From Cyanobacteriota bacterium (GTDB lineage Bacteria; Cyanobacteriota; Cyanobacteriia; PCC-6307; Cyanobiaceae): a stretch of 64,000 bases of DNA. The notes below the pieces were generated by a model. The model was not told the origin of the DNA, ran no database searches, and saw only the letters and a list, made by a program, of their open reading frames with translations. The position numbers were made by a program, and so were the translations under genes. Positions within the stretch are counted from its first letter, which is position 1; every line of letters begins with the position of its first letter. This document shows, piece by piece, positions 1 to 9,577 of this stretch. Location: the NCBI GenBank assembly GCA_046052125.1, contig JBJOMY010000003.1:96001-160000 (forward strand). The letters are read 5' to 3'.

Positions 1-553
1 CGATCTCGATGCAGCGGTAACGGCGGCCACCGGGAGTGGTGCCATCGGGGATCACCGTTGCGCTGCGGCCTCCACGGCGGAAATCCCACGGTCGGGTGAT
101 GCCGCCTTCCACCTGCCACACCCCATAGCGATGCCGGCTGGCGCGGACTTCAGCGTCCAGATACTCCTTGGCGTTGCAGCCACCCAGGTACTGCCGATAA
201 GCAAAGGCCTGCCCGTCTTCCACCATCACCAGGTTGAGGTTGATGTCACTGATCACCTCGGCCACCGTGCGGCCGTAGCGGTCGGTGGTCTTGACCTCAA
301 GCGACACCTCACGGCCAATCGGCAACCGCTGCTGCAGGTAGCGCCTGGCCTGCTGGCCCCACGGACTCTGGGCCGTCTCGGGGGCATCGATGCAGGCCAA
401 CCGCACGGTCAAAGCCCGGCCGGCCTGACGCACACGAATCGTGTCGCCGTCGCCGATGGAGAGCACCGTGGCCCTGACGCTTTGGCCCTGCACCTCAGCC
501 GGCACGCCCACGGACGCCCAAAGCGCGACACCCAGCAGAAACCACCTGACCAT
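1..553 (-). CDS. Thermonuclease (SNase/ParB-like) family protein, 3' end runs off window
   Basis: Manual translation from ATG 553: MVRWFLLGVALW...VLSIGDGDTIRV...VRLACIDAPET...TDRYGRTVAEV...NLVMVEDGQA...AEVRASRHRYGVW. Contains the SNase DGDT, IDAPE and DRYGR motifs. Not in the ORF track because it is truncated. Confidence 0.9.
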   Translation of the reverse strand, partial: MVRWFLLGVALWASVGVPAEVQGQSVRATVLSIGDGDTIRVRQAGRALTVRLACIDAPETAQSPWGQQARRYLQQRLPIGREVSLEVKTTDRYGRTVAEVISDINLNLVMVEDGQAFAYRQYLGGCNAKEYLDAEVRASRHRYGVWQVEGGITRPWDFRRGGRSATVIPDGTTPGGRRYRCIEI

Positions 554-651
554 CGCCGGAGTTTGCACCGGCGCCGATTCCATGCAGCTCCTGCATCGCC
601 TGGATGGGCAGGGGTGATTCACGCCAATCTGGGGCTCTGCCTCTGCCTGCA

Positions 652-981
652 ATGGGCCGCACTCCCCTGCTGATCGCCCTTGCTGTCTCGGCTCTTGCAG
701 CCGGCAGCGGTCTGGCCCAGCAACCGGTGAGGCCCCTCCCGAAAGTGGGAGGGTGCCCGCTCGGCTACTACAGCTCTGGCAGCTACTGCGTGCCCAACAG
801 CAGCGGCAACACCCGCGGGGCGATCGAAAAGAGCGGCACCGGTTGTCCACTCGGCTTTTATTCCTCGGGCAACTACTGCCTCAGCAGCCCCAGCAACGAG
901 CGCGAGGCGATCCAGAAGGCCGGCAACTCGTGCCCACTGGGCTGGTTCAGCTCCGGCAGCTACTGCGTCAAAAACCGCTGA
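652..981 (+). CDS. Small secreted Cys-rich tandem-repeat protein
   Basis: Signal peptide followed by three repeats of K-x-G-x-x-CPLG[YFW][YF]SSG[SN]YC. Confidence 0.75.
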   Translation: MGRTPLLIALAVSALAAGSGLAQQPVRPLPKVGGCPLGYYSSGSYCVPNSSGNTRGAIEKSGTGCPLGFYSSGNYCLSSPSNEREAIQKAGNSCPLGWFSSGSYCVKNR

Positions 982-986
982 TCGCC

Positions 987-1541
987 ATGGGCTTCCGTTT
1001 CCGCCGCTCCGCCCGCCTGGGGCCGCTGCGCTTCAACTTTGCCAAGGGGGGTCTGAGCTCGATCTCCTTGGGAGGGCGCGGTGCCGCCTTCAACATCCCG
1101 GTGAGCCGCAGCGGCGCTGCCCGCACCACCGTGGGATTGCCGGGCACCGGCCTGAGCTGGAGCGTGGAGCACAACCCCAATCGCCCCGCTGCACTCCCGG
1201 CTGGACCTGCGGCGGGCCTGCCCAACAGCCGCCGTCTGCGGCCGGGCCAGCTCGATGCCCTCAAGCAGTCGCTCCTTGAGGTGCTGCACCGGGAGCTGTT
1301 CGCCCCAGGATCGATTGGGGAGCGGCTGTGGGAGCACGGCCTGGTGAGCCGTCTGCTCACCGATGGCTCCCTCTCGGCGCGAACGGCTGGCCTGCTGGCG
1401 CTGATCGAGACGCCAGACGCGATGGAGGCCTACCTGCTGCGGGCCCAGGGCCAGGACGATGCCAAACGCCGGGCCCAGCGCTGCATCGCGGCGGTGCAGC
1501 TGGCGCAGCGGTTGAGCGCCGATCGACAAAGCCTGGGATGA
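987..1541 (+). CDS. DUF4236 domain protein
   Basis: N-terminus MGFRFRRSARLGPLRFNFAKGGLSSISLG...TTVGLPGTGLSW is typical of DUF4236. Confidence 0.85.
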   Translation: MGFRFRRSARLGPLRFNFAKGGLSSISLGGRGAAFNIPVSRSGAARTTVGLPGTGLSWSVEHNPNRPAALPAGPAAGLPNSRRLRPGQLDALKQSLLEVLHRELFAPGSIGERLWEHGLVSRLLTDGSLSARTAGLLALIETPDAMEAYLLRAQGQDDAKRRAQRCIAAVQLAQRLSADRQSLG

Positions 1542-1972
1542 CTCTGGATCCCAGCTCCATGCCGCCCCAGGTGCGGGACTTTGCTGAGGCCGTGCGCTGC
1601 AGCCCCGGCGATCAAGCCTGGCTACGCCTCCACGGCCATGCCCTGATCGACGCCCTCATCGAAGCGGATGGGGGTTCGGTCGCCATGGTGCTGGAGATCC
1701 TGCGCTTGATGCGTGACAACCTGCTTGGTGAGAGTGGCTGGGGCTCCTTGATCTGGGACCACGATCTGGTGCCCAAGGTGATTGAAGCGACCGGATTAAG
1801 CGGCGAAGCCAGGGAACAGCTGGAGCTGGTGGCGAGCTGGGATGGGGTGTGCAGCTACGTGTGCGAAGGCCTCGATGGCGCCACCGCGCAATCACGGGCA
1901 CTAGAGATCACCGAGCGCATTCAGGAGGTCGTGCGCCTGGCCGTGGAGTTTGAGCTGGTGGATCTGGAGTAA
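1538..1972 (+). CDS. Hypothetical acidic protein
   Basis: ATGA overlap with the previous gene; protein-like composition. Confidence 0.6.
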   Translation: MTLDPSSMPPQVRDFAEAVRCSPGDQAWLRLHGHALIDALIEADGGSVAMVLEILRLMRDNLLGESGWGSLIWDHDLVPKVIEATGLSGEAREQLELVASWDGVCSYVCEGLDGATAQSRALEITERIQEVVRLAVEFELVDLE

Positions 1973-2493
1973 TGCAGCTGAGATGAAGTCCCCTTCATGA
2001 ACTCCCGTTGCATCCGATGAAGACCGGTGTCGATCGCCCTCGGCTCCTTGCCGGACCCTGCCAGCAGATCCATCGTGGCTGCAACGGGATTCGGAGGCTC
2101 CATTGATGGACGACACCCCCCCTGAGCACCAACCAGGAGTGCGCTGACGATCCGGCCCCTGCTCCAACACTCTCGACGGATCTCTGACGTTCCTGGCGTG
2201 TAGCCAAGTCGCCGTCCATTGCACCGTTCACGGCCCAGCCTCAGGTGCCCCGGACCCAACGGAACGTCCCGATTGACACCTGGCCCCAGGTGCCAGCGAC
2301 GGCAGCTCCGACCACAACTGAAGACACCCTGATCTGACGATCACGGCTGTTGCCAAGTAAACCCATCGCGCAGCTGCGCCCGACCCCCTTGGAGAGGCAC
2401 CACGGCTGAGCAGACAAATGCCCGGGCCCCGCGCTCCGGGCTTTGTTGTGGTCTTGGCCTCTGCCGTCATTCTCAGGTGCGCGACCAGCCAAG

Positions 2494-2829
2494 ATGCCCG
2501 CAGGCGACTCACCTGCTTTGCTCACCACCACCGGCCTGTTCCTCCTGACCGCCGTGGCGGAGATGCTCGGCTGCTACCTCACTGATCTGGTCGTGAATCA
2601 TCAGAGGCCGCCGTGGCTGCTGATGCCTGCGGCCTTCTCCCTGGCACTCTTCGCCTGGCTGCTGACCCTGCACCCGACAGCCTCTGGACGTGTCTACGCC
2701 TCTTATGGCGCCGTGTATGTGGCAATGGCCCTGATCTGGCTGCGACTGGTGGATGGGCTGCCCCTCAGCCTGCGCGATCTGATCGGCGGCAGCGTGATCC
2801 TCACCGGCATGACGATCCTGATGGGGTAG
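2494..2829 (+). CDS. ynfA: YnfA (UPF0060) family small membrane protein
   Basis: LTAVAEMLGCYL...LLTLHPTASGRVYASYGAVYV...W...VDG motif, 4 TM. Confidence 0.88.
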   Translation: MPAGDSPALLTTTGLFLLTAVAEMLGCYLTDLVVNHQRPPWLLMPAAFSLALFAWLLTLHPTASGRVYASYGAVYVAMALIWLRLVDGLPLSLRDLIGGSVILTGMTILMG

Positions 2830-2889
2830 GTGCAAGGCTGCGCGCCCAGCACCGGCCTTAACGTTGACCTGGAGGCAGGCGAGAGGCCC

Positions 2890-3297
2890 ATGCGGATTGG
2901 TGAACTCGCCCGGGCAACCGGCGTCTCCGTGGATACCCTGCGCTACTACGAGCAGGAGCAGCTACTCACCGCACCGCTTCGGAGCCGCTCCAACTACCGG
3001 CTCTACGGCAATGTTCACTTGGAGCAGGTGCGGTTTATCCGGCATTGCCGCAGCCTCGACATCGGACTGGATGAAATTCGAGAGTTGCTGAGCCTGCAGC
3101 GCCAACCCCAACAGAGTTGCCTGAGGGTGAACGCCCTACTCGATGCCAAGTTGGCCCAGGTGGATCAGCGCATCGCCGACCTGCAGCAGTTGCAACGCGA
3201 GCTCCAGGACTTGCGGGGGAACTGCGCCGCCCCAGCCACTGCAGGCGATTGTGGGATTCTGCACAGCCTCAATGCCGCGGCTCAAGCCCAGCGCTGA
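2890..3297 (+). CDS. cadR: Cd(II)/Pb(II)-responsive MerR-family regulator
   Basis: MRIGELA...TLRYYE...NYRLY...FIRHCRSLDIGLDEIRELL, with the Cys triad (SCLRVN, NC...DCGIL). Confidence 0.88.
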   Translation: MRIGELARATGVSVDTLRYYEQEQLLTAPLRSRSNYRLYGNVHLEQVRFIRHCRSLDIGLDEIRELLSLQRQPQQSCLRVNALLDAKLAQVDQRIADLQQLQRELQDLRGNCAAPATAGDCGILHSLNAAAQAQR

Positions 3298-5447
3298 CGC
3301 AGCAATCGCAAACCATTGGCGATCACCAGCAGGCTGGTGCCCATATCGGCAAACACGGCCTGCCACATGGTGGCGTTGCCCAGCAGCGTGAGCACCAGAA
3401 AGGCCGTCTTGATGCCCAACGCCAGGGCAATGTTCTGCCAGAGCACCCGCATGGTGCGCCAAGACAGAACGATGGTGTCCACCAGCCTCATGGGGTCATC
3501 GTCCATCACCACCACATCGGCCGTGTCCATGGCGGTATCGCTGCCGGCGGCCCCCATCGCAAAGCCGATCGCCGCTCCGGCCAAGGCGGGGGCGTCGTTG
3601 ATGCCATCGCCCACCATGCCGGTGGGGCCCTGGCGCTGCAGCTCAGCAATCACCTCCAATTTCTGCTCAGGCAGCAGCTCGCTGTGCACGTGATCGATGC
3701 CGATCTGCGCAGCGATCACGTTGGCGGTGCAGGCATTGTCGCCGCTGAGCATCACCAAACGCAGACCCAGCCGGCGCAGCTGCTCCATCGCTGCTCTGGC
3801 CGTAGGGCGAGGCTGATCGGCAACGGCGATCAGGGCCAGCACGCCGTTGTCATCAGCCAGGAGGCTGACGCTGCGCCCTTGCCGTTCATGGGCCTCCATC
3901 CTCTGCTCCAGTGCCGGCGAGCTCAACGTGAGCTCATGGATCCAGCGGTGGTTGGCCAACCGCAAGGCCTGGCCGTCGATGATCCCGGACACACCACGGC
4001 CCGCCCTCGCTTCCAGGGCGTCCACCGGCATGGGCTCCGCCTTGATCGCGGCGGCGATGGCCCGGGAGATTGGATGATCGCTCCGGCCGGCCAGGGAGGC
4101 AGCCCACTGGCGCTGACGCTCAGCCGGCACGGCTGGATTGATGATCTCGAAGGCCTCCACGGTGGGACGACCGGTGGTGAGGGTGCCGGTTTTGTCGAAC
4201 GCCAGCGTGCGCAGGCGGCGGGCCTGCTCCAGATACAGGCCGCCTTTGATCACAATTCCGCGCCGTGCTGCGGTAGTGAGTCCACTCACCATGGTGACTG
4301 GTGTGGCGATCACTAGGGCACAGGGACAGGCAATCACCAGCAGCACCAGGGCCCGATACACCGCATCCAGTGGTGTGAGACCCAGCAGGGGTGGAGCCAG
4401 CAGGGCCACCGCCAGGGCCAGCACGAACACCGCTGGGGTGTAGCGAGCTGCAAAACGATCCACAAACCGCTGAATCGGCGCCCGGGAAGACTGGGCTTCT
4501 TCCACGGCATGGATGATCCGCGAGAGGGTGTTCGTGGAGGCCGTGCTGCTGGCCTGAATGACCAAGGCGCCATGGGTGTTCAACGTTCCGGCAAACACGC
4601 GGTCGCCACTGGTTTTGTCCACCGGCAGGCTCTCGCCCGTCACCGGCGCCTGGTTCACGGCACTGTGGCCGCTCAGAACCCAACCATCGAGGGGGATCCG
4701 CTCGCCCGGCTCCACACGCAGCCGCTGGCCCATGGCCACGTTGCTGACCGGAATGCGTGACCAAACTCCGGGCTGCCATTCAACAGTGGCCTGCTCGGGA
4801 GCCAACTGCATCAGGCCGTGGATGGCCTGGCGCGCGCGATCAGCCGCCCTGGCCTCCAGGGCTTCCGCGATGGCATAGAGCGCCATCACCATGCCGGCCT
4901 CGGGCCAATGGCCGATCAGGAAGGCGCCTGTGACGGCGACGGACATCAGGGCGTTGATGTTGAGACGTCCCTGACGCAGAGCCGCCAGCCCTTTCCAGTA
5001 CACCGGCAGCCCGGCCAGGGCGATGGCCCCTGCAGAGATCGTCAGCTCCAAGGCCTGATACGCCAGCGATTCGGGCAGCAACAGGTTGATCAGCTCCGCT
5101 GTTGCCGCCAGCAGCAACGCGGCGATCATGCGGGGCCAGGGCACGGCTTGGGTGCTGGATACTGCCGTGTTGCTGCCATCAACAAGCTGGGGCGGATAGC
5201 CCAGACGCCTGAGGATCGCCTCTCCTTCCTGCCGTGCTGTGTCCCCGGCCCTGATCACCAGAGTGCGGCTGGAGAGCTGAAAGCGCAGGTCGTCGATGCC
5301 GGCCACGTTCCTGAGGGCATGGCGGATCTCGTTTTCTTCATTGGCGCAGTCCATCCCCGGGATGTGCCACACCACCTCATCGGGTTTCTGGGGCTGGGGC
5401 GGCGCACAGTCGGCGCTGGAGCCACAGCAGGAGTGGGGATTGGCCAT
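3282..5447 (-). CDS. cadA: Heavy-metal (Cd/Zn/Pb) P1B-type ATPase
   Basis: GMDCANE metal-binding domain, TGES, CPC, DKTGTLT, HP, GDGINDAP; K in TM7 and D in TM8 (ADMG) fit P1B-2. Confidence 0.93.
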   Translation of the reverse strand: MANPHSCCGSSADCAPPQPQKPDEVVWHIPGMDCANEENEIRHALRNVAGIDDLRFQLSSRTLVIRAGDTARQEGEAILRRLGYPPQLVDGSNTAVSSTQAVPWPRMIAALLLAATAELINLLLPESLAYQALELTISAGAIALAGLPVYWKGLAALRQGRLNINALMSVAVTGAFLIGHWPEAGMVMALYAIAEALEARAADRARQAIHGLMQLAPEQATVEWQPGVWSRIPVSNVAMGQRLRVEPGERIPLDGWVLSGHSAVNQAPVTGESLPVDKTSGDRVFAGTLNTHGALVIQASSTASTNTLSRIIHAVEEAQSSRAPIQRFVDRFAARYTPAVFVLALAVALLAPPLLGLTPLDAVYRALVLLVIACPCALVIATPVTMVSGLTTAARRGIVIKGGLYLEQARRLRTLAFDKTGTLTTGRPTVEAFEIINPAVPAERQRQWAASLAGRSDHPISRAIAAAIKAEPMPVDALEARAGRGVSGIIDGQALRLANHRWIHELTLSSPALEQRMEAHERQGRSVSLLADDNGVLALIAVADQPRPTARAAMEQLRRLGLRLVMLSGDNACTANVIAAQIGIDHVHSELLPEQKLEVIAELQRQGPTGMVGDGINDAPALAGAAIGFAMGAAGSDTAMDTADVVVMDDDPMRLVDTIVLSWRTMRVLWQNIALALGIKTAFLVLTLLGNATMWQAVFADMGTSLLVIANGLRLLRQRWA

Positions 5448-5470
5448 GGCATCACCGGGTGCTCAAGCCC

Positions 5471-5501
5471 ACCTTCAACCCTCAAGCCACTCCAGGGTCA
5501 A
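5471..5501 (-). promoter_or_regulatory. MerR-type promoter/operator for cadA
   Basis: Minus strand TTGACC-19 bp (CTGGAGTGGCTTGAGGGTT)-GAAGGT, with an imperfect dyad. Confidence 0.75.
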
Positions 5502-5552
5502 GGAGCCTGGAGCGTGGAGCTGCCAGGCGCCGCCCAGGCCCAGGCTGAGAGC

Positions 5553-5583
5553 TTGACCCTGGAGCTACTCCAGCCTTTTTACT
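5553..5583 (+). promoter_or_regulatory. MerR-type promoter/operator for the VKOR gene
   Basis: TTGACC-19 bp-TTTACT containing the perfect dyad CTGGAG-CTA-CTCCAG. Confidence 0.72.
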
Positions 5584-5610
5584 CATGGCATTGCCCCCAC
5601 GCTCCCGCCA

Positions 5611-6540
5611 GTGACCAGCTCTCTGTTGAGCGAGAAGCTCAGCCATCGCCAGGGATCGAGAACCCGAAATTCCCCATGGCTGCGCTTGGCCATGGCCGTG
5701 CTGGCCACCATCGGGCTCGTGGACACTGGCTCGATCACCCTCAAGCGGTGGGGCCTGATCGGCAGCCTCTCTTGCCCTGGAGGCCTGGATGGCTGCGACA
5801 AGGTTCTCAGCAGTGCCTGGGGCTCAATCTGGGGACAGCCGCTCTCACTGTATGGATCCTTGACCTATGGCCTGGTGATTCTGTTGGCTGTGCTTCCACT
5901 GTTGCCGATCGGGAAAAACAACAGAACGAGCGAGCCGCTGACAGTCACTCTGCTGGTCTTGATCACCACTGGAATGGCCTGCTTCAGCGCGGTGCTGATG
6001 GGAATCATGGCGCTGCAGATCAAGGCATTCTGCGCATTTTGCGTTCTATCCGCTGCTCTCTCCTTTTCTCTCTTTGTTCTCGCCTTGATCATGGCCAGAG
6101 GAGAGGAGCGATCATCCACCGTGTTCCGTGTCGTGATCACGGCTTTGCTCGTCTTGCTTCTGGGCCTGGGCTGGTCGGCCATGGCCGATCAACCATCTAT
6201 CAGTGGCGGTCCAGGCTCAGCTCCAGCTGTCCAGGCGCAAAGCAGCCCCGCCAAGGTCCAATTGGCAGAGCACCTCAGCGCAATTGGCACCAAGCTGTAT
6301 ACCGCCTATTGGTGTCCCCATTGCCGTGATCAAAAAGAGCTCTTTGGCAAGCAAGCAACGGCCAAGATCAGCGTGATTGAGTGCGCTCCCGATGGCCAGA
6401 ACAGCCAGAGCACGCTTTGCGCCCAGAAGGGCGTTCAGGGTTACCCCAGCTGGGAGATCAATGGCACGCTCGATTCTGGCGTGAAATCACTGGATCAGTT
6501 GGCTGATCTCAGTGGCTACAAGGGATCCCGCGCGTTCTGA
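5611..6540 (+). CDS. Vitamin K epoxide reductase (VKOR) family protein fused to a thioredoxin-like domain
   Basis: C...GCDKVLSS loop, CAFC in a TM helix, C-terminal YTAYWCPHC...ECA...C...GYPSW. Confidence 0.92.
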   Translation: MTSSLLSEKLSHRQGSRTRNSPWLRLAMAVLATIGLVDTGSITLKRWGLIGSLSCPGGLDGCDKVLSSAWGSIWGQPLSLYGSLTYGLVILLAVLPLLPIGKNNRTSEPLTVTLLVLITTGMACFSAVLMGIMALQIKAFCAFCVLSAALSFSLFVLALIMARGEERSSTVFRVVITALLVLLLGLGWSAMADQPSISGGPGSAPAVQAQSSPAKVQLAEHLSAIGTKLYTAYWCPHCRDQKELFGKQATAKISVIECAPDGQNSQSTLCAQKGVQGYPSWEINGTLDSGVKSLDQLADLSGYKGSRAF

Positions 6541-6641
6541 CCAAGCTGCTGTTTGTTGTCCAGAGCGGTCGTCAGGTCAGCAATACCCAACCAGGTTCAC
6601 AGCCTTGATCGCCTTAACGTCCAGCTCCTCGGCATTGCCCC

Positions 6642-7952
6642 ATGCCTGATGCACCACTCGGCAACTCCGCCCCCGTCACCCCTCGGGTCGTGGACGTTCC
6701 GGCCGGTTTAGGCACGCTGCGCACCTTTCTACGGGTACTGGGCCCCGGCTACCTGGTGGCCGTGGGCTATATGGATCCGGGCAACTGGGCCACCGATCTG
6801 GCGGCAGGCTCCCAGTTCGGGTACCGCCTGCTGTGGGTGATCGGACTCTCCAGCCTGATGGCGATGGTGCTCCAGTCGCTGTGCTGCCGCTTGGGCATCG
6901 CCACACGGATGGACCTGGCCGAGGCCTGCAGCCGTTTGCTGCCGCGGTCCTGGCGGATCCCCCTCTGGCTTCTGGCCGAGATGGCGATCATCGCCTGCGA
7001 CCTGGCCGAGCTGGTGGGCAGCGCCATCGCCTTGCAGCTCCTTTTCGGCCTGCCCCTGCCCTGGGGGGTGGGCCTCACGGCGGCCGACACCCTGCTGCTT
7101 CTGGCGTTGCAGCGTTTCGGTGTCCGACGCCTCGAGGCGCTTGTGATCGCCTTGGTGGCCCTGGTGGGCGGTTGCTTCGCCGTGGAGATGTTTCTGCTGC
7201 AGCCGGATTTGGGCCAGGTGGGCCAGGGATTCCTTCCCCAATCCTCCAGCCTCAGAGACGGCACGCAACTCTTTCTGGCAGCCGGCATTCTTGGCGCCAC
7301 GGTGATGCCCCACAACCTCTATCTCCATTCCTCCCTGGTGCAGACCCGCCACTGGAGCGCGGCGGCGGGGGAAACGCGCAGGGCCCTGGCCTTCAGCACC
7401 TGGGACACGCTGATCGCCCTCAGCCTGGCCCTCCTGATCAATGTCTCGATCCTGGTGCTGGCCGCCGGCAGCTTCTACGGACGACTGCCACAGCCGGTCA
7501 CGGACCTCAGCGAGGCCTATCGGCTGCTGACGCCGATGCTGGGCACCTCTCTGGCCAGCGTGCTGTTTGGGGTGGCGCTGCTGGCGGCGGGCCAGAGCTC
7601 AACGCTCACCGCCACCATGGCCGGCCAGATCGTGATGGAGGGGTTCCTGCAGATCCGTCTGCCGGACTGGAAGCGGCGGCTGCTCACCCGCGGCCTCGCC
7701 CTGATCCCGGCGATGGCCACGGTGATCCTGTTCGGTGAGCGGGCCACCACCAACCTGCTGGTGCTGAGTCAGGTGGTGCTGTCCCTGCAGTTGCCGTTCG
7801 CGGTGATCCCGCTGGTGTGGTTCTGCGGGCGGCACGGCCTGATGGGCGAGCTCCGATCACCGCTCTGGCTGCAGGTCGCGGGCTGGCTGTGCGCCAGTGT
7901 GATTGTGTCGATCAACCTCTCGTTGCTGAGTTCGGTGCTGCGTGGCGGCTGA
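6642..7952 (+). CDS. mntH: Nramp family divalent metal transporter
   Basis: YMDPGNW and GATVMPHNLYLHS motifs. Confidence 0.93.
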   Translation: MPDAPLGNSAPVTPRVVDVPAGLGTLRTFLRVLGPGYLVAVGYMDPGNWATDLAAGSQFGYRLLWVIGLSSLMAMVLQSLCCRLGIATRMDLAEACSRLLPRSWRIPLWLLAEMAIIACDLAELVGSAIALQLLFGLPLPWGVGLTAADTLLLLALQRFGVRRLEALVIALVALVGGCFAVEMFLLQPDLGQVGQGFLPQSSSLRDGTQLFLAAGILGATVMPHNLYLHSSLVQTRHWSAAAGETRRALAFSTWDTLIALSLALLINVSILVLAAGSFYGRLPQPVTDLSEAYRLLTPMLGTSLASVLFGVALLAAGQSSTLTATMAGQIVMEGFLQIRLPDWKRRLLTRGLALIPAMATVILFGERATTNLLVLSQVVLSLQLPFAVIPLVWFCGRHGLMGELRSPLWLQVAGWLCASVIVSINLSLLSSVLRGG

Positions 7953-8091
7953 ACGGTCGGCAATGCAGCTTCTCCGTCGCCGCATGACGAGCAAACAATC
8001 CCTGAGGCACGACCGACGCAATCAAGGACCCTGAGTCGTTGAGCCGGTATCGGAGGCACCATGCCCGTCCAGCGGCTGGAGGCCTGGAGTC

Positions 8092-9438
8092 TCAGCCCAC
8101 CGCCAGCTGCAGCACCCCGCGCCCCAGTCCCACCAGGGCGGCGAGACCGATCAGGGGCAGGACGCCCCAGCGGAAGCGCAGCAGCAGGGTCAGCGCCAGG
8201 GCGGCCAGCAGGAGCGCCAGGGCATCGAGCTCGCCAGCTGGCCACAGCACAGGCCCGGCGAAGAACACCGCCAGGCTCACGATCACGCCCACCACCGCTG
8301 CGGTGATCGCCGTGAGCGGGGCGCCGAGGCGCAGATCGTCGCGGGTCGCCTCCACCAGCGGAGCGCCGCAGAGGATGAACCCGAAGGTGGGAAGGAACGT
8401 GAACCAGATCGTCACCAGAGCAGCCGCTGCTGCCCCGATCCAGGTGCCAGGGGGGCCGAACACCCCGCCGTTCCAGCCGCCCATGAAGCCCACGAAGGCC
8501 AGCACCATGATCAACGGCCCAGGTGTGGTTTCCCCGAGGGCCAGGCCATCCACGACCTGGGCAGCGCTGAGCCAGCCGAACTGTTCCACCGAAGCCTGGG
8601 CCACGTAGGGCAGCACCGCGTAGGCACCGCCGAAGCTCACCAGCGCCACCCGGCTGAAGAAGCGCCCCATGGTGGGCAGGAGACCCTGCTCGCCGAAGCC
8701 GGCGCTGAGCAGGGCCAGGGGCACCAGGGTGGCCAGCCCCCAGACGAGCAACATCAGCGCGAGGCGCCGGTGCGAGGGCCGGGCATGGGGCGGGATGGGG
8801 GTGTCGTCGCCATGGATGGCGGGCGGCTCGGCAGCGGCCTTGGCCGCCTGGCCTTGGCGGGATTCGGCCCTGGGCTTCTGCACCCACTGAGGTTTCCAGC
8901 GTCCGGCGCCCCAACCCAGCAGCGCCGCCGCTGCCACGATGAGCGGGTAGGGCAGCTTGAGCAAGGCCAGGGCCACGAAGGCCGCAGCGGCCACCAGCAC
9001 CAGGGCTGGATGGTGCAGGGTGCGGCGGCCGATCCGCAATCCGGCCTGCAGCACGATCGCCAGGACCGCCGGCTTGAGCGCCCAGAACACGGCAGCCAAT
9101 AGGGGCAGCTGGGCTCCGACCGCGTAGAGCGTGGAGAGGCAAAGCAGCACCAGCACCGATGGCGCCAGGAACAGACCACCGGCGATGAGACTCCCGGGGA
9201 TGCCATGCATCAGCCAGCCGAGATAGGTCGCCAGCTGCATCGCCTCCGGCCCGGGCAGCAGCATGCAGTAGTTGAGGGCATGCAGGTAGCGCCGCTCTGA
9301 GAGCCAGCGCCGCTGGTCGACCAGCTCACGGTGCAGCAGGGAGATCTGGCCGGCCGGCCCACCGAAGCTCACCCAGCCGAGCTGGAACCAGAAACGGGAG
9401 GCCTCCGCCAGGGCCACGGCGGAGGGTGGTGGTGTCAT
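8092..9438 (-). CDS. chrA: Chromate efflux transporter (long-chain CHR)
   Basis: SFGGPAGQ, LPGPEA, SFGGAYAV, ETTPGP motifs; start placed at ATG 9438. Confidence 0.92.
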   Translation of the reverse strand: MTPPPSAVALAEASRFWFQLGWVSFGGPAGQISLLHRELVDQRRWLSERRYLHALNYCMLLPGPEAMQLATYLGWLMHGIPGSLIAGGLFLAPSVLVLLCLSTLYAVGAQLPLLAAVFWALKPAVLAIVLQAGLRIGRRTLHHPALVLVAAAAFVALALLKLPYPLIVAAAALLGWGAGRWKPQWVQKPRAESRQGQAAKAAAEPPAIHGDDTPIPPHARPSHRRLALMLLVWGLATLVPLALLSAGFGEQGLLPTMGRFFSRVALVSFGGAYAVLPYVAQASVEQFGWLSAAQVVDGLALGETTPGPLIMVLAFVGFMGGWNGGVFGPPGTWIGAAAAALVTIWFTFLPTFGFILCGAPLVEATRDDLRLGAPLTAITAAVVGVIVSLAVFFAGPVLWPAGELDALALLLAALALTLLLRFRWGVLPLIGLAALVGLGRGVLQLAVG

Positions 9439-9519
9439 GAGTTCTCTTACGGGCCTGGCATCAGGGCCCATCTTGCGGGGAACCGCACCCCGGCGGGGTG
9501 AATGCGAGCACAACCGCTC

Positions 9520-9550
9520 TTGACTCTCCAGTAGCTGCAGACCTCAGGCT
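9520..9550 (+). promoter_or_regulatory. MerR-type promoter/operator for the Grx-MauE gene
   Basis: TTGACT-19 bp (CTCCAGTAGCTGCAGACCT)-CAGGCT with a dyad. Confidence 0.72.
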
Positions 9551-9577
9551 GGAGGGATCCTGTCCTCCCCGTCGTCC

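Noticed and set aside
1973..2493. Short ORFs in the gap before ynfA
   Set aside because: No recognisable domain, RBS or consistent frame; may be degraded sequence
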